A DNA stretch of 64,000 nt. It comes from Lama glama. Its lineage: Eukaryota. Each line of letters opens with the position of its first letter. The stretch's first letter is position 1. Under the pieces are notes generated by a model, which saw only the letters and a program-made list of their open reading frames with translations, was not told where the DNA came from and did no database searches. Made by a program: the position numbers and the translations under genes. The DNA lies in the NCBI GenBank assembly GCA_028534125.1, contig CM052850.1:26536001-26600000 (forward strand), read 5' to 3'. Below, in pieces: positions 36,771 through 49,170 of the stretch.

Positions 36771-39700
36771 GTGCTGATGGCAGATTGTGATAAGCCTGTG
36801 GTGTCCGTGTGACATCCGTCACGTAAGGATCTGGGACTTGGATGCACGTCCTTGTCCCTCGGTGCACACAACCTCCTGTGGGAGAAGCAGCTTTGGAAGC
36901 TGGGGGTTTTATGGGTTTTCTTGTCTGGATCCTCCAGCCCTGCAGGGTGTGTGGATTCCCATTCTGCTGCCTCAGATAACAGAGGACTATTAAACAACTA
37001 TTAACACATCCAAAATTAACAGCTTGTGAGGTGCTGACTGATTGTCATGCTCATTTCGTGGGGGGCAGCTGGTGTGGAGGAGTGGGAATTTGAGCCTCAC
37101 AGTCTATCTGTGACAACCTTGAAGGGGCCTCTTGTGGACGACTGGAGGCACTGCTTCCACTTTTACCGCATCACCTGCCGTCGTGGTCATAGTCTGGGGA
37201 GCAGAGCCTCCAGGGATGTGCAGGGCTGAGGTCCAGTTCTGACGAGGATCCCAAGTGGTTGCTGTTCACCTGGTCAGAACTGCTTGTGGGTTGTAGGTGC
37301 ACCTCAGGGACACAAAACCAAAGTGTTGGTGTCGCCCCCATGCCTGCAGGGGCTTGGTCACATCTGTCTCATTTCCTGTGTGTACCTGCTCTTTAATTGG
37401 TTTGCGCTGGTTTGGCAGTAGTTGCAAATAACATCTCAACTTGCTTTGCTCTTTTTTTTTTTTTTTAACTAGAGGAATTTCAATTTCCTAGGCTGTTCTT
37501 AAGGAAGAAATAATTTAAAGTTTATTTTCTAAGCTATACAGTATTCTACTTTGGAGAGAAAGTGTGCATCATGGAATTTTAACACAAGGAGTGTTAGCCC
37601 TCTAGGGTGAGCTTTGTTTTGAATCTGTATCCTGTAGCTGCTTTGTGAAAATGTAGGTAGTTGGGTGTTTTTAAAAGAATTGGAATTAATCCTAATTTCC
37701 AGTCACTTCTAAGTGTAATGTACAGGAAACTGTGGTCACTTTAAATTGTTTAGGCTCTTCCTTACCTAACTCAGTTGAAGCCGAATTCTTATTTCTCATG
37801 AGTTTTATTTAGAGGTGATCACACTTGCCATTTTTTTCTCTTATGCTTTCTACATTTTATGAAAGAAAACTGGTCTCTGTGGTTTTGGGGTTTTTTTTAA
37901 GTAAAGTCTGGAAGAGAAAAGTAGGAATGAGGCCTCCCTCCAGCCCCTGGAGGCCTTTGTCTGGAGCGGTTCACGCCCAGCTCCAGGACTTCCCAGCGTC
38001 CTTGCCCTTGTACTTTTTGCTCCAGCTTAGAGGTGAGACGATACCAAGTGTGCTGACTCTGGCTTGGTCTCCTGGCCTGGACCATCTGGAGACTTGAGTC
38101 CAGGTGTTGGGCCAGGGAGGGTGGGCAGAGCTGGTGAGGGGTGGTGTTGGGTGGTCCTGGCAGTAGACAGTGATGTGGGGGGTAGTTACTGGAAGAAAGT
38201 GGTGAGAACTGGTGTCCAGGTATTCACTGCGCACCTCCTGTGTGCCAGACCCAGTGGCAGGGACAGTAGTGAACCAAACAAGCTGTATCTTTGCTTGGTG
38301 GAATTTTCTGAAAGACCTCTAGGCCTCACTGAGGGTTTGTGGGCTTGGTTTGCGGTGGAGACTGGCCACCTATTGGCCAGGTATAGGAGGATGATCTGCT
38401 GGCTCGAGGCCTGGTCAAGGCCCTTCAGGCCAGGAAGAGGGGCTGGCCTTCCAGAGACTTGTGGACCCACCCTCCAGGGAAAGGCTCAGCACCCTAGGGC
38501 TCTTCCTCCAGATCACTGGGGTCTGGGGATCCAGGAGGTCCTGTGGGGAAAGTGGGCGTGTGTGTCAGACCTGGTCCCTCTTCAGCTGTGGTGCCTCAGC
38601 TGGGCTGCCCTCCTTTTTAAGCCCCAGTGTCCACAACTGCAGGTGGACTCCCTATCACACAATGTTGCAGAGATCCTGCGGAGGAGGCAAATTGGGTCAT
38701 TGTTGAAAGAGACCAAGAGCATAGAGGGTGTCATCCTGTCCCAGCAGTTCTCACCAAGAGTATCACCAAAAGCCACCAGATGAGTCAGGTAGGAACAGCC
38801 GACTGTCAGCTAGAGACACTGCTCAAGGACACTGCTGCCGCCCTGGCCCACGCTGCCAGCATCCCTTGGGAACCCTGGGCAGCTATGTCTTCATGGTCTC
38901 CCTCCTACCCTGGCCTGTGGTCCTGCCTGTGTGGGCTGGACCCAGCAACTTGGCTTCTGCTGGAACAGAAGTGAAGGACAAAGGGTGCAGAGAGTCCACT
39001 TACCCGGGGAAGCAGTGTAGACAGGTGCCCTGGGCAAGCCTCCGCAAGGGGGCTTGGGGGGCTCCTGGGTCAGGAAAACCCCGGGTTGAGGGAGAGCCTG
39101 TCCTGGACAGTGTCCCGTGTCCCAACTGGGATGACAGACCTGCATGTGGTCAGCCAGGTCCCCTCTCCAGGCGCACCTGTTTCATTTCTAAAGTTAAAAG
39201 CCAGACCCTGCAGGAAAACCTGACAGGTTGCAGATGTTCTGAGATAAAATAACATTTCTTCAGGAAGAAAGAAACAGGCAGAGGGCAGCTTATAAAAAGC
39301 TCCGCCAGATGTGGAAATCCTGTTAGCCCTCTGCCACCCCACTCCCCCATTGCAATTTCTAGTTTCCACACGCCTTGCAGGGCTGGCTGGGCTGGGCCTG
39401 CGTGCTCTGCACTGAAGACAGGACACAGGACGAGGCAGCAGGGTATGGCGGTGGCCTTTTCCCACCTCTGAGTCCCACGCCCAGCCTTCCCAAGGCAAGG
39501 TCACTTGCATACAGCCTGGGGGTGGCTTTGCACGTGGCCCCACTTTCCAGGTGAGATGGGATACTGGGCGGCCTGGAACTTGTTGAGGCCACACGTGGAC
39601 CCAAGGGTGGATTCCCAGGAGCTCAGGGCCGCTTATTGAATTGGGCGATGTAGCAGTTCAGTTGGGCTTTGAAGAGTAAGTAGGAGTTGGCTGGTGATGG

Positions 39701-39934
39701 GGAGCTGGTGCACACAGCACTGTGCCTTGAAAGCAAGGATGCTTCACTGTTGGGCCAAAAATTGGTGACTAGAAGCACTTAAAGAGACAGCCATGGGGTT
39801 AAGTACACAAGAAAGGACTGAGTGTTAGGTGGTCCCGCAGGGACCTTCGTGCTGCAGACCTGCAGACCCTTCTCCAGAGAGTACGTACTTCAGGCTTTCT
39901 GGGCCATACAGTCTGTCCCAGAGACTCAAGAGTT

Positions 39935-40034
39935 TTTTGGGGTTTTCTGGGGGTGGTTCATCAGGGTTATTTTACTTCCCTAGTGGTGGCACTGGGGATT
40001 GTGTGCATTCCACCACTGAGCTACACCCTCCCCT
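39935..40034 (-). mobile_element. tRNA-derived SINE (deleted)
   Basis: GGCACTGGGGATTG...CACCACTGAGCTACACCCTCCCC. Confidence 0.6.
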
Positions 40035-40039
40035 TCTCA

Positions 40040-40485
40040 ACTCTGCTCTTGCAGAGCGAAATCAGCCTCAGACATGGCTGAATCCCAGTAAAACTTGATT
40101 GACAAAGTGGGCTGTCAGATTTGGCCCCAGGGGCTGCAGCTCCCAACCCCCACCTACATTCCCTGAGGGAGCTCATTGGGTTCAGACTGCCAGAACAGAA
40201 GCACCGCAGATGGGGCTTGTGGACGGCAGACGGAGATCCCACAGTCCCGGAGGCTGCAAGTCAGAGAGGGAGGCACCAACAGACGGCATCTGGTTCAGAG
40301 AAGGCGTCTTCTCTCTGTCCCCGCGGCTGGGGGCCAGGCAGCTGTCTAGGGCCCTGTTTATAAAGGCACTAAGGCTCCATGCTTACGACCCGAGCACCTC
40401 CCGGGGCCCCCCCAGTGCTGTCACAGTGAGGGCTAGGGTTTCAACAGACAGATCTGGGGGGGACACAAACACTCAGTCTATGGAA
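40040..40485 (-). mobile_element. MaLR LTR remnant
   Basis: AGTCCCGGAGGCTG.AAGTC..; GGGTTTCAACA...GGGGGACACAAACA.TCAGTC. Confidence 0.5.
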
Positions 40486-40693
40486 GAGGGCCATATGATG
40501 TTACTAATAAAGGAAAGAAGTTATAGAACAGAAACTGCACCATGGTCTCCTTCAACATTTATTGGGTACCTACTATGTGCCAGGCACAGTCCTAGGCCCA
40601 CAGACTCGGCTGTGAGAAGGAACAGGACGGTCCCCCAAGCTGGCAAAAAGGGCTCCAAGGGTAGGAAACAACTTTTAAAAATTCATACAAACA

Positions 40694-40852
40694 ACAAAGT
40701 CCTACTGTACGGCACAGGGAACTATATTCAATATCTTGTAGTATATAATGCAAAAGAACATGAAAACGAATGTGTGTGTGTAGACGTATGAACTGAACTG
40801 TTACTGTACGCCAGAAATTGACACAACATTGTAAACTGACTACTTCAATAAC
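40694..40852 (+). mobile_element. 5'-truncated LINE-1 3' end with 17-bp TSD
   Basis: ACAAAGTCCTACTGTA..CACAGGGAACTATATTCAATATCTTGTA...ACAACATTGTAAACTGACTA.TTCAATAA; TSD AAAAATTCATACAAACA at 40677-40693 and 40853-40869. Confidence 0.85.
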
Positions 40853-41404
40853 AAAAATTCATACAAACAGATTGCGTGGGAGCTGGAGGCATACGCGTCA
40901 AAATGTTAAGCGTTTCTGGGTGCTAGAATTTTCTTTCTTGCTTGTCTACATTTTCTAATGTCTCAACAAGGAACATACATTAATATCTTCTGCACCACAG
41001 TAACAGCAGAGTGTATGGGGGTGGGGATCTCATTTCCTGCATGTGGGTGCCTGAGCTCCACCCCCCTTCCGGGCCCTTCCCATCCCTGGGGCCTCCGTGG
41101 GCTGGCGGGCGGTGGGTCCTGCGCCTGGCTGGCCCTGGGGAAGACCAGGGCTACAGGAATCCAGTGTTTCCTCTGCAGTTTCTCTCCACTGGCCACCGTG
41201 CTGGCCCCTCCTGCAGAGTCAGCTCTGGAGCTGAGCCCAGGGTCGCCCCACAAGGCGGGGGGGGGGGCCTGTTGCCGTGAAGCTATGGTGGAGACCTCAG
41301 TGGGTCCATAAATCTTTGGACCTCAGAGACTCGAATTCCCAAACGGAATTCTCTTTCCTCTCTGCCCTTTTGGTGAAAATGCCACATTACTCGCTGGTGC
41401 TGTG

Positions 41405-41585
41405 TGTGTGGTGGTTAAGAGCTGGACAGAGGCCAGGTTTAAGCCTGGTACTTACACTGGCCAGCTGGGTGGCCTCAGCAAATTGCTGGGCTTTTGTTGG
41501 CCCCTTTCCTCATCTATGAAACAGGGCTGTTGTGAGGGTTTGTGGAGAGCACCATCACAGGGAGCACAAACAGTGCCCAGTGGAG
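41405..41585 (+). mobile_element. MIR SINE
   Basis: GTGGTTAAGAGC...TTTCCTCATCTATGAAA..GTTGTGAGG. Confidence 0.6.
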
Positions 41586-43199
41586 ATAGCCGTCCTCCAT
41601 GCTGGTGGGAGAGAGGTCCTGGGGGTAATTGCCCAGGCCTGGTGGGCCAACGTGATGACCGTGAGCCTTGCCAGGAGCTGCTGAGTGTGCCAGTGTGGGG
41701 CTGGATGCCCACTGGAGCCTCGCCTCTCCTGGGGTTTCGCATCCTCATCCCTGTTAAAACTCAGAGAGGCTGAGGGGCCTTGCCTAGGGTGCCGGTGGAG
41801 CTGGTGTCCAGAGGAAGCTGTCTCTGGGCGGGCATGGGGCCCCTGCGAGCCAGTAAGCTACCACAAGCCCATGTGCACAGTTGCTGCGCTAAAGATTGGG
41901 ATACCCCCAGCTCTGGGAAGCAGGGCTGGGACAGATGCCGGGGCTGGAGATCCCTGAGGGGTTCCAGGCTGGTAACTATCTGCAGAGAGAAGCAGACTCT
42001 TCAACTGCTGGTTTTTGAAGCTTTTGGAATCTGGGCCAGCTTTCAAGAGGGGGTGACATGACAGGGAGGCTTGGTGAGGAGGAGGAAGCAGGCACAAGAC
42101 TGGCCCGCTGGGCCTTTCCCTTTCCCGCAAATTGGGCACAAGTTCTTTGCCTTCCAGGCACATTAGAGATGCGCTCACCTTCCCACCCGTGGAAGCTCCT
42201 CTGCTGAGACTGGAGTGCAACCTCCGGCCTCCCACCTCTGCCCGGGCCACGTCTTTGTCCTGCTAGTGGCTGGGCCCTCTGACCCCAGGATCTTCTTCCG
42301 GAGTGCCGGTGGCCGAGGCTCAGCCCGGAGCCTCTGGAGCTCACAGATCTTGCTGCACCTGGGATCTAGTCTCTGCGCCCCTGGTCCTTGGGCGCCTTCA
42401 CCTTAACCCTCTTCCTGCCGCCCTTGCACCATGGCTTTTGGCCAGGTCTATGCCCTATTTTCAGGCAGAAACTAGCAAAGAGATTGGGCTTGGAGGTGGT
42501 TTCTGCCTCCACCAACACCCCCTCTTCCATACTGCTTCCGCTGCTGGGACCAGGGTAGGAGTGTAGCTCAGGGCGGAATGGAGCCCCGGCCTCTTCCAAT
42601 CTCCTGTAGGGGACAGATGTGGAAGAGCCCCCAGGCTCGGTCTGGTCAGACTCTGGACCTCACCGCAGACACCCTCCACACCAGGGTGGGGGTGGGGGGG
42701 CTGTGCTGGTTCTGGGACTACAGGTTCTGGGAGAGCAGACAGGTTCTTCCTGTCTCCAGCCCAGCAAGGTGCCCAGCACACGGGAGGTGCCCACTACCTG
42801 CTTTCTGACTGAGCTGGTGCCTCACCAATGCAGCAAGGCCTGGAGATGGATCCCAGAGATGCGGGGAGAGGTGCAGATCTGGTGTTAAACTGGGCCTCTG
42901 TTGTCCCCTGGCTCCCACAGGGGCTGCCTATGTGGGACCCTGGACCAGGCCCAGGGCAGCGCAGAGCCTCCTGCTGGGGAACAGATCCTGACCCAGGGAG
43001 CTGTGGGGCTCTGCACAGTCTGGAAGGGCACACACGGCCCGGACCCCAGAACCCCCCACCCTGGAAATTTGAGCCCAGCTAACCCGGGACATCCTTGAGG
43101 GGGGATAGGGACAAAGGGCGGGCTGAGGCCACCGCTGGGAGCCCACTCCCCGCCCCCCTCGCCCTCTCCACTGTCCCCTCCTCTGTTTCACCCTCTCTG

Positions 43200-44720
43200 A
43201 CACCCCACCCTCTACAGTCCCCGCGCAGTGGCTGCCGCCAGAGCCACGTGTGCCCGTGCCCCGCAGGCACACAGGGAGGGAAGCGTGGCCACGCCTGGCC
43301 CGGCCATCATTTCCCCGGGCGGCCAAGGCGCGGATTCGTGGACAGCGGCCCCTTGGTGGGCCCAGACTGGTCCCCGAGCGCTAGCGCCGGGAGCATGAGC
43401 ACGAGGTCGGAGCGCGCAGTGGCAGCAGCGGCCCACGGGGTGGTACCAGCGCCCTGCGCCTCGAAGGTGGAGCTGCGGCTCAGCTGCCGGCACCTGCTGG
43501 ACCGCGACCCGCGACCCGCTCACAGTCCGACCCCAGCGTGGTGCTGCTGCTGCAGTCGCAGAGCCAATGGGTGCAGGTAGGGGCGAGGGCGGGGGTGCAG
43601 AGGGAAGAGGCCTAGGGGTGGACGGTGGTGCCGAGTGGGGACGCAGAGACCCAGGTGGGTGTGGGAAGCTAATGGGGCCCAAGGCAGCGGCGTCGGAGCT
43701 GGGGCTGAGCGCAGGGTCACGGGTGGGGTTACCGGGTCTAGGGGTGCGTGCCCAGGAGCTGTGGCAGTGGAGGTGTCCGGAGTGGGCTGGAGGCGGACCT
43801 GCACAGGGAGCTCCAAGCAGAGAGAGGAGCGCTGGAGTGGGGGGTGCGACCCAGGGTTGGGGGGGGCCTCCGGGGCCAGAGAGGCGCCGCAGGAGGCCTG
43901 CCTAAGGGGCAGAAAGGAGTGGAGGGGCAGGGGTTGGACTGGGGCCGCCGGTCCCTCTCCGCCCGCGGGGCAACCAGGAGCGCGGCTTTTCTGCCGGGTC
44001 CTCCTTCGCAAGGCGGGGGTGCCCGGACCTGGAGCAGGGAGGGCCGGGAGGGGAGCGGCCGACCCGGGCCGGAGCTCGCTGGGAGCCGAGGACTTGATCT
44101 CCGAGACTGGGACGCCCCGTCTGCAGGGCCCCCCAGCCTGTCGCTTCTCCTGTTCTTGAAGACTGGCGGGGTCCCCAGGGACCTCGGCGCGTGGCCAGGG
44201 CAGCCTGGCGTGTGGCCAGGGTTGGGGACCCGGCTCTGGGCGGGCGGGCCTCTGCGCCGCGGGGCCCCCCTTCAAACCTCTCGTCCTGGGAGTGCCCGGG
44301 GCGCCTGCGCAGGAGCGGGGCTTCCACGGGGCCCGCTGCCCTCGTCATCCCCGCCCGGCCCAGCCCTCCCCGCGGGCGGGTCGCGGCGACGGCTCCGGGC
44401 GCTCCGGGCGCTCCGGGCGCTCCGCGCCGGACGAAGCGCTTTCTCGGTCAAAATCTCACGCGAGACGCGTGGCTTCACCTCGAAAGAGCAGGAGATCGGG
44501 GCGCGAGCCGAGGTCAGGGGCTGAAGGGGCTGGTGAGCAGGGGAGCGGGGGCCCGAGCCCGCGGCGGCTCCAGGCTGTCCCCGCCGGCGGGCCCCTCCCA
44601 CGCTCTGGCGCCCCCTGGCGGGGTGGCGGCACGCGGGGTGGGGCGGGGGCGGGGGACGCGTCTGGGCCCAAGAGCCCAGGGGCTCGGAGGCCAGGAGCGC
44701 CGCGACCTTCTGATCCGTGA
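43200..44720. promoter_or_regulatory. CpG island over CPNE7 exon 1 / intron 1
   Basis: Dense CpG, GC boxes, (GCTCCGGGC)n repeat at ~44390-44425. Confidence 0.8.
43395..43576 (+). pseudogene. CPNE7: CPNE7 exon 1 remnant (frameshifted)
   Basis: MSTRSERAVAAAAHGVVPAPCASKVELRLSCRHLLDRDP, then 7-nt duplication plus 2-nt deletion; 182 nt. Confidence 0.9.
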
Positions 44721-45033
44721 CTCTGTACGGTCTCTTGTCATCTCCGGACCACCAGAGACAGATGCCTGCTTCTGGTTTCACTGTCCAGGGTTCCAATCCG
44801 CTCTGTCCCTGACTTGGGGTGCCCTTGGGCCCCACCCTTCCCCCTTCTGAGCCTGTTTCCCCATCTGCGATGTGGGCGGCCGGGGGAGTGAGGAGTGAGG
44901 GAGGGGCGGCCTGGAGCCTCGCAGCATCTTGTGGGGTGGGGTCTTCCCACAACACAGTCTGGAAGCAAGGACCACCTGAGGGCAGATGGGAGGGGAAGGG
45001 GACCCTGAGGGCCTCACTCGGCGCTGCCGGCAG

Positions 45034-45216
45034 GTGGACAGAACCGAGGTGGTCCGGAGCAGCCTGGACCTGGTGTTCTCCAAGGCCTTCACGCTCGGCT
45101 ACTGCTTTGAGGAGGTGCAGAAGCTGCGCTCTGAGGTCTATGACGCCCACGGGCCCAGCAGCCTGAGCTGTCGGGGTGACAACTTCCTGGGGGGCGTGGA
45201 GTGCACCTTGGGGCAG
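45034..45216 (+). pseudogene. CPNE7: CPNE7 exon 2 remnant
   Basis: VDRTEVVRSSLDLVFSKAFTLGYCFEEVQKLRSEVYD...FLGGVECTLGQ|gtgagt; 183 nt. Confidence 0.9.
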
Positions 45217-45842
45217 GTGAGTGCCCATCCCCTTGGGAAGGCAGGGGCAGGATGGGCACTTGGGCAGGTCCTGAGGGCTCGCTCTATGGCAGTGGTGGCA
45301 TGGGGACAATGAATAGATGCCGACTGTGTACCAGCATGACCCCCAGCGCTGCCTGTCTCCACAGCTCCTTCTCTTAAAAAACTCTTTTTGGTTATTTTTA
45401 AAAATATGTAATTTTGTGCTGGGTAATATGGATCCAAAGCCAGAAAGTGTGACAGGCACACATGGAAGGCTTCCCTCCTGCTCTGTCTCCAGGGACATTA
45501 CATTCTTCTGCAGAGACGTCTTCTCACTAGAGCCAAGGAACGCGTGCTCTTTTCTCTATATTCATGTATTAGAAAACCCAAATGGCATACACTGTTCTGC
45601 AGCTTGCTTTCTTCACTTCCATGACACAAGGGAGCCCTTCCCGTGTCTCTCCCGTGGCCTGTTGGTCCAGCTCCCACCTGAGAGACACTGTGTCCTCCAC
45701 TCCAGTCGTCCGTCAGCTCCTCCATTATCAGTGTAACAGGAGTGCCTGCTCTCGCCACCAGCCAGGCTACTTAGCGCTAGCCTCTGTGCTGAACACTCCG
45801 TGCGTCCCACGTTAAATTCTTGTGAGGGCTACAAGGGCACTG

Positions 45843-46125
45843 CTTTTTATTGAGGTGTAATGTACGCACAGTAGAATGTGTAGACCTTGAGGGTTGAGAC
45901 TGATGAGCTTAGACGGTGGTCCACCTGACTGTCACCCAGATTACACGGAACATTCTCATCACCTGCAGGTTCCCCTGCTCCTCTCAGCACACCCCCCGCC
46001 CTGATAGCTCTGCCTGTCCTAGAATTTCATGTCCGTGAATCTCATGGGATGTTCTCATTTGTGTCTGATTTCTTTTACCCAACATGATGTCTGGGTGACT
46101 CATCCATGCTGCTGCCTGGGTTGGA
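45843..46125 (-). mobile_element. Old LINE-1 3' fragment
   Basis: TTTTATTGAGGTGTAAT...TTTGTGTCTG..TTCTTTTAC.CAACATGATGT. Confidence 0.55.
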
Positions 46126-46490
46126 GATGGGCGGGTAGAGCCTTCTGTCAGATAAAAAGACCAAGACCCACGCAGGGCACAACCCTGCACAGGGCGGCGG
46201 TCCGCCCAGCCTGGCCCCCAGCTGCCCTCGTGAGCATGGAAGACGGGGACCACATACAGGGACACACATGGAAATATGCATGTCCAGCATGAAATAAGAC
46301 TTGTTCAGAGAAGATGTGACTCTGTTTATGTGACAGCTTTAATTAACATCCGCTCTGGAAACCATTCCAGTATAGTCTATTGATGAAAATTGATTTTTTT
46401 TTGAATGATGTTAAGATGAAGTTAGTGAAAGATAATTTTCCCCTCCAGGAAGAAGTGGAGATTTAAAAAGGGAAATATGGCATTTCTTCT

Positions 46491-46629
46491 GGGGGGAGGG
46501 TATAGCTCAAGTGGTAGAGCGCATGTACAAGGTCCTGGGTTCAATCCCCGGTACCTCCTCTAAGAATAAATAAATAAATAAATCTAATTACCTCCCCCTC
46601 CAAAAAAAACCCCCCAAAAATAAATAAAT
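46491..46629 (+). mobile_element. tRNA-derived SINE with 15-bp target-site duplication
   Basis: GGGGGGAGGGTATAGCTCAAGTGGTAGAGCGCATG..GGTCCTGGGTTCAATCCCC; TSD AAAAGGGAAATATGG at 46466-46480 and 46630-46644. Confidence 0.88.
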
Positions 46630-47754
46630 AAAAGGGAAATATGGAATACAAATTGGTCTTTGCTCAAAAAAACTCACATGCATAGAGGCATGTAAAAGCC
46701 CATGCTTGCACAGACATCCGTGTGCAAACAAGTGTGTGCATGCCTGCACACGCAGACCTGTGCACGGCACACACGGACACATGTGTGGACACGCACACGT
46801 CTGGGTAAACACACACACTTTACATTATGGAAAGGTCCTCAGGACCTCCTGCTCTGCAGCCATTCTGGTCTGGGCTGGTAGGGCCGCCTCAATGGCCAAA
46901 GGCTTGGACACTTCAAGTCCCAGGCGTGCAACACGGACCCTGCAGCTGTCCCATTTCTCCATAGGTGAGCCCAGAAGTGAGCCTTCAACTGAGAGAACCT
47001 GGGGGCCTGGCGTGGGGCCCCACCCTTCGCACCTCACACCAAGCTCTCCCACCCGAGGCCCATTTTGGCCTCAGCTTCCCCCACCTGGGATGGTTTCTCT
47101 TCTGCACAAAATGTTCTTGAATGCTCAGAGCTGTCAGCCAGGCAGACTGGGGTGGGGGTGGGGGTCCTGTCTCCCGTCTGTCTCAGCTCAGTCATGGCAG
47201 TGAGGGTCAGAGCTGGCCACGCGGAGGCTAGAGTCCCCACCCACACTGCAGTCGCTGGTCCTGCAGCTGCCACGAGGGGCGGTCAGCTTCTGTCTGGTCT
47301 ACAGGCCAGCCTAAGAGCTGCCCTCTGGTGTCCCTGTGTCAACTCTTGGCCCAGTTAGTGGGTTATAGCCTGAAGGGGCTGCAGCCTGGTGGTGGGGGGG
47401 AGGCCGAGACCGCTCGGAGGGCCCAGCGCAGGCCAGCCCTGGCTTGGGAGGCTCCCAGGGCCCGATGCCCTGCTTTTGCCGTAGGTCACATGTGTGCTGA
47501 CCGAAGGGACCCTGGCATTCTCCCTCATCTCTGAACCTGTTTTCTCACCTGACCATGAGCGGTGGGAGGGCCCATGAGGCAAGGAGGTGAGGGTGCCTGG
47601 CAGAGGGAGAGAGGACAGAGGGCCAGTCAGATCCAGGCCCCAAGGGGCCCTGAGTGGTACGTTTTGAGGAGTCAGGTCACTGAGGGCGGGTTAGGGTCCC
47701 CAGGGGAGCAGGTGCGGACACCCCCCCCGCCCCATTGCCTCTTCTGACTTGCAG

Positions 47755-47829
47755 ATTGTGGCTCAGAAGAAGGTGACCCGAGTGTTGTTGCTGAAGTTTG
47801 GCAGGAAGGCTGGCAAGTCCAACATCATG
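47755..47829 (+). pseudogene. CPNE7: CPNE7 exon 3 remnant
   Basis: IVAQKKVTRVLLLKFGRKAGKSNIM|gttagg; 75 nt. Confidence 0.88.
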
Positions 47830-48035
47830 GTTAGGCTCCGCCTTCCCCCTTCAGACCCAGGCCTGACCTCACTGCCCTGAAGGCCCAGGCTGCTGGGGCT
47901 TCCGGACGCCTCCCTCAGGCTGGGTTGCAGCTGGACCAGGAAGGGTGGTAGTTGGCAGTCTGGAGCCCGAGGGCCCACGATGGGTCTGGTCAGCCCCTCC
48001 TGCCCAGCCTGGAGCCGAGGCTTCCCCACCCCCAG

Positions 48036-48110
48036 GTGACTGCCGAGGACATCTCAGGAAACAAAGGCTGCGTGGAACTCTCCTTCCCGGCCAGGAAGCT
48101 GGACGACAAG
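48036..48110 (+). pseudogene. CPNE7: CPNE7 exon 4 remnant
   Basis: VTAEDISGNKGCVELSFPARKLDDK|gtgagg; 75 nt. Confidence 0.88.
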
Positions 48111-48751
48111 GTGAGGGGGGCCCATGGCAGGTGGGGGCCAGGGCCAGCCTGAGAAAAGCACTGCTTCTCCCCTGTAAGGAGGTGCAGACAGGACTACACT
48201 TGTGTCCACAGGGAAACTAGTGGGTGTGGAGTGAGAAGCTCCCAGAGCCGCGGGGTTGGGGAAGGGGGCTGCCAGGCTGCTGTGCTGCAGTCAAGGGCCT
48301 GTTCTGTCATTGTCTCTGCTGGGCCCCACCCAGAATCCCCACAGCCCCCTGTGGCGGGCACTAACCGCCTGTTTAGGGAGGGGGACACATGCTCAGTGAG
48401 GTCCCCCATCCAGACAGAGGAGGAAATGGATCTGAACTCGGTTCTGGTTCTGTTGGCTCTCACATGGGGTGGGGCACAGAGCAGGGGTCTGACCTGGGGT
48501 GGGGCGTCCCTGCTGCCTCCTCCAAGGGAGGCTGAAGGTGGGAGAACGCAACACGTGGCCGGAGAGAAGCAGAGCCAGACACTGGGGCGAAGTCACAGAG
48601 GGGGTGCTGGGGGGCCAGGGAGGGCGAGGCCTGGGGGCTCAGGGGCTCTTGAGGAGGAAGACCCTCCTCAGAGCCAGGAGGGGCTGAACCTGGTGTTCCC
48701 CCACCGCTGCGTTCCCCGCCTTGCCGGGCAAAGCCTCTGCTCCTCCTGCAG

Positions 48752-48835
48752 GACTTCTTCAGCAAGCCGCACCCCTTCCTGGAGCTTTATCTGCTCAGTG
48801 ACGCTCAGAGTGAGCAGCTGGTGTACAGAACAGAG
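48752..48835 (+). pseudogene. CPNE7: CPNE7 exon 5 remnant
   Basis: DFFSKPHPFLELYLLSDAQSEQLVYRTE; 84 nt. Confidence 0.88.
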
Positions 48836-49170
48836 GTGGGGGTCCCTGCCCAGCACCTGGGGGTGGGCGTGGGAGGGCGGGGAGGGAGCTGCCCCTGCTG
48901 CCCCTCTGCATCCCCCCGGCCCCACACCGCCACCTCCCTTTGAGCAGGGCCTTGTCATTACCTGCCCTGAAACTGGATTTACAGCAGTTACAGCAGAGGG
49001 AGAGCATTTCCTTCTGAGATAGATTAACTTGGATGAAAAAAGACTATTTAAGGGAAAAGGAGTCCAGGTGTTCCAGGAACGCGGGGAAGTTATGAAGGAG
49101 CGAGGCTCAGGCCGAAGCTCCGGAACCTGAGGCAGGGCCCCCGGGGCCGCTGGCCCCTCCTGGCTCACAC

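Noticed and set aside
44272-45498. 408-aa minus-strand ORF and other long ORFs in 43500-45500
   Set aside because: CpG-island composition; low-complexity Pro/Arg/Gly/Ala peptides with no recognisable domain
46491-46560. tRNA-like A/B boxes
   Set aside because: Head of a tRNA-derived SINE with A-rich tail and TSD, not a tRNA gene
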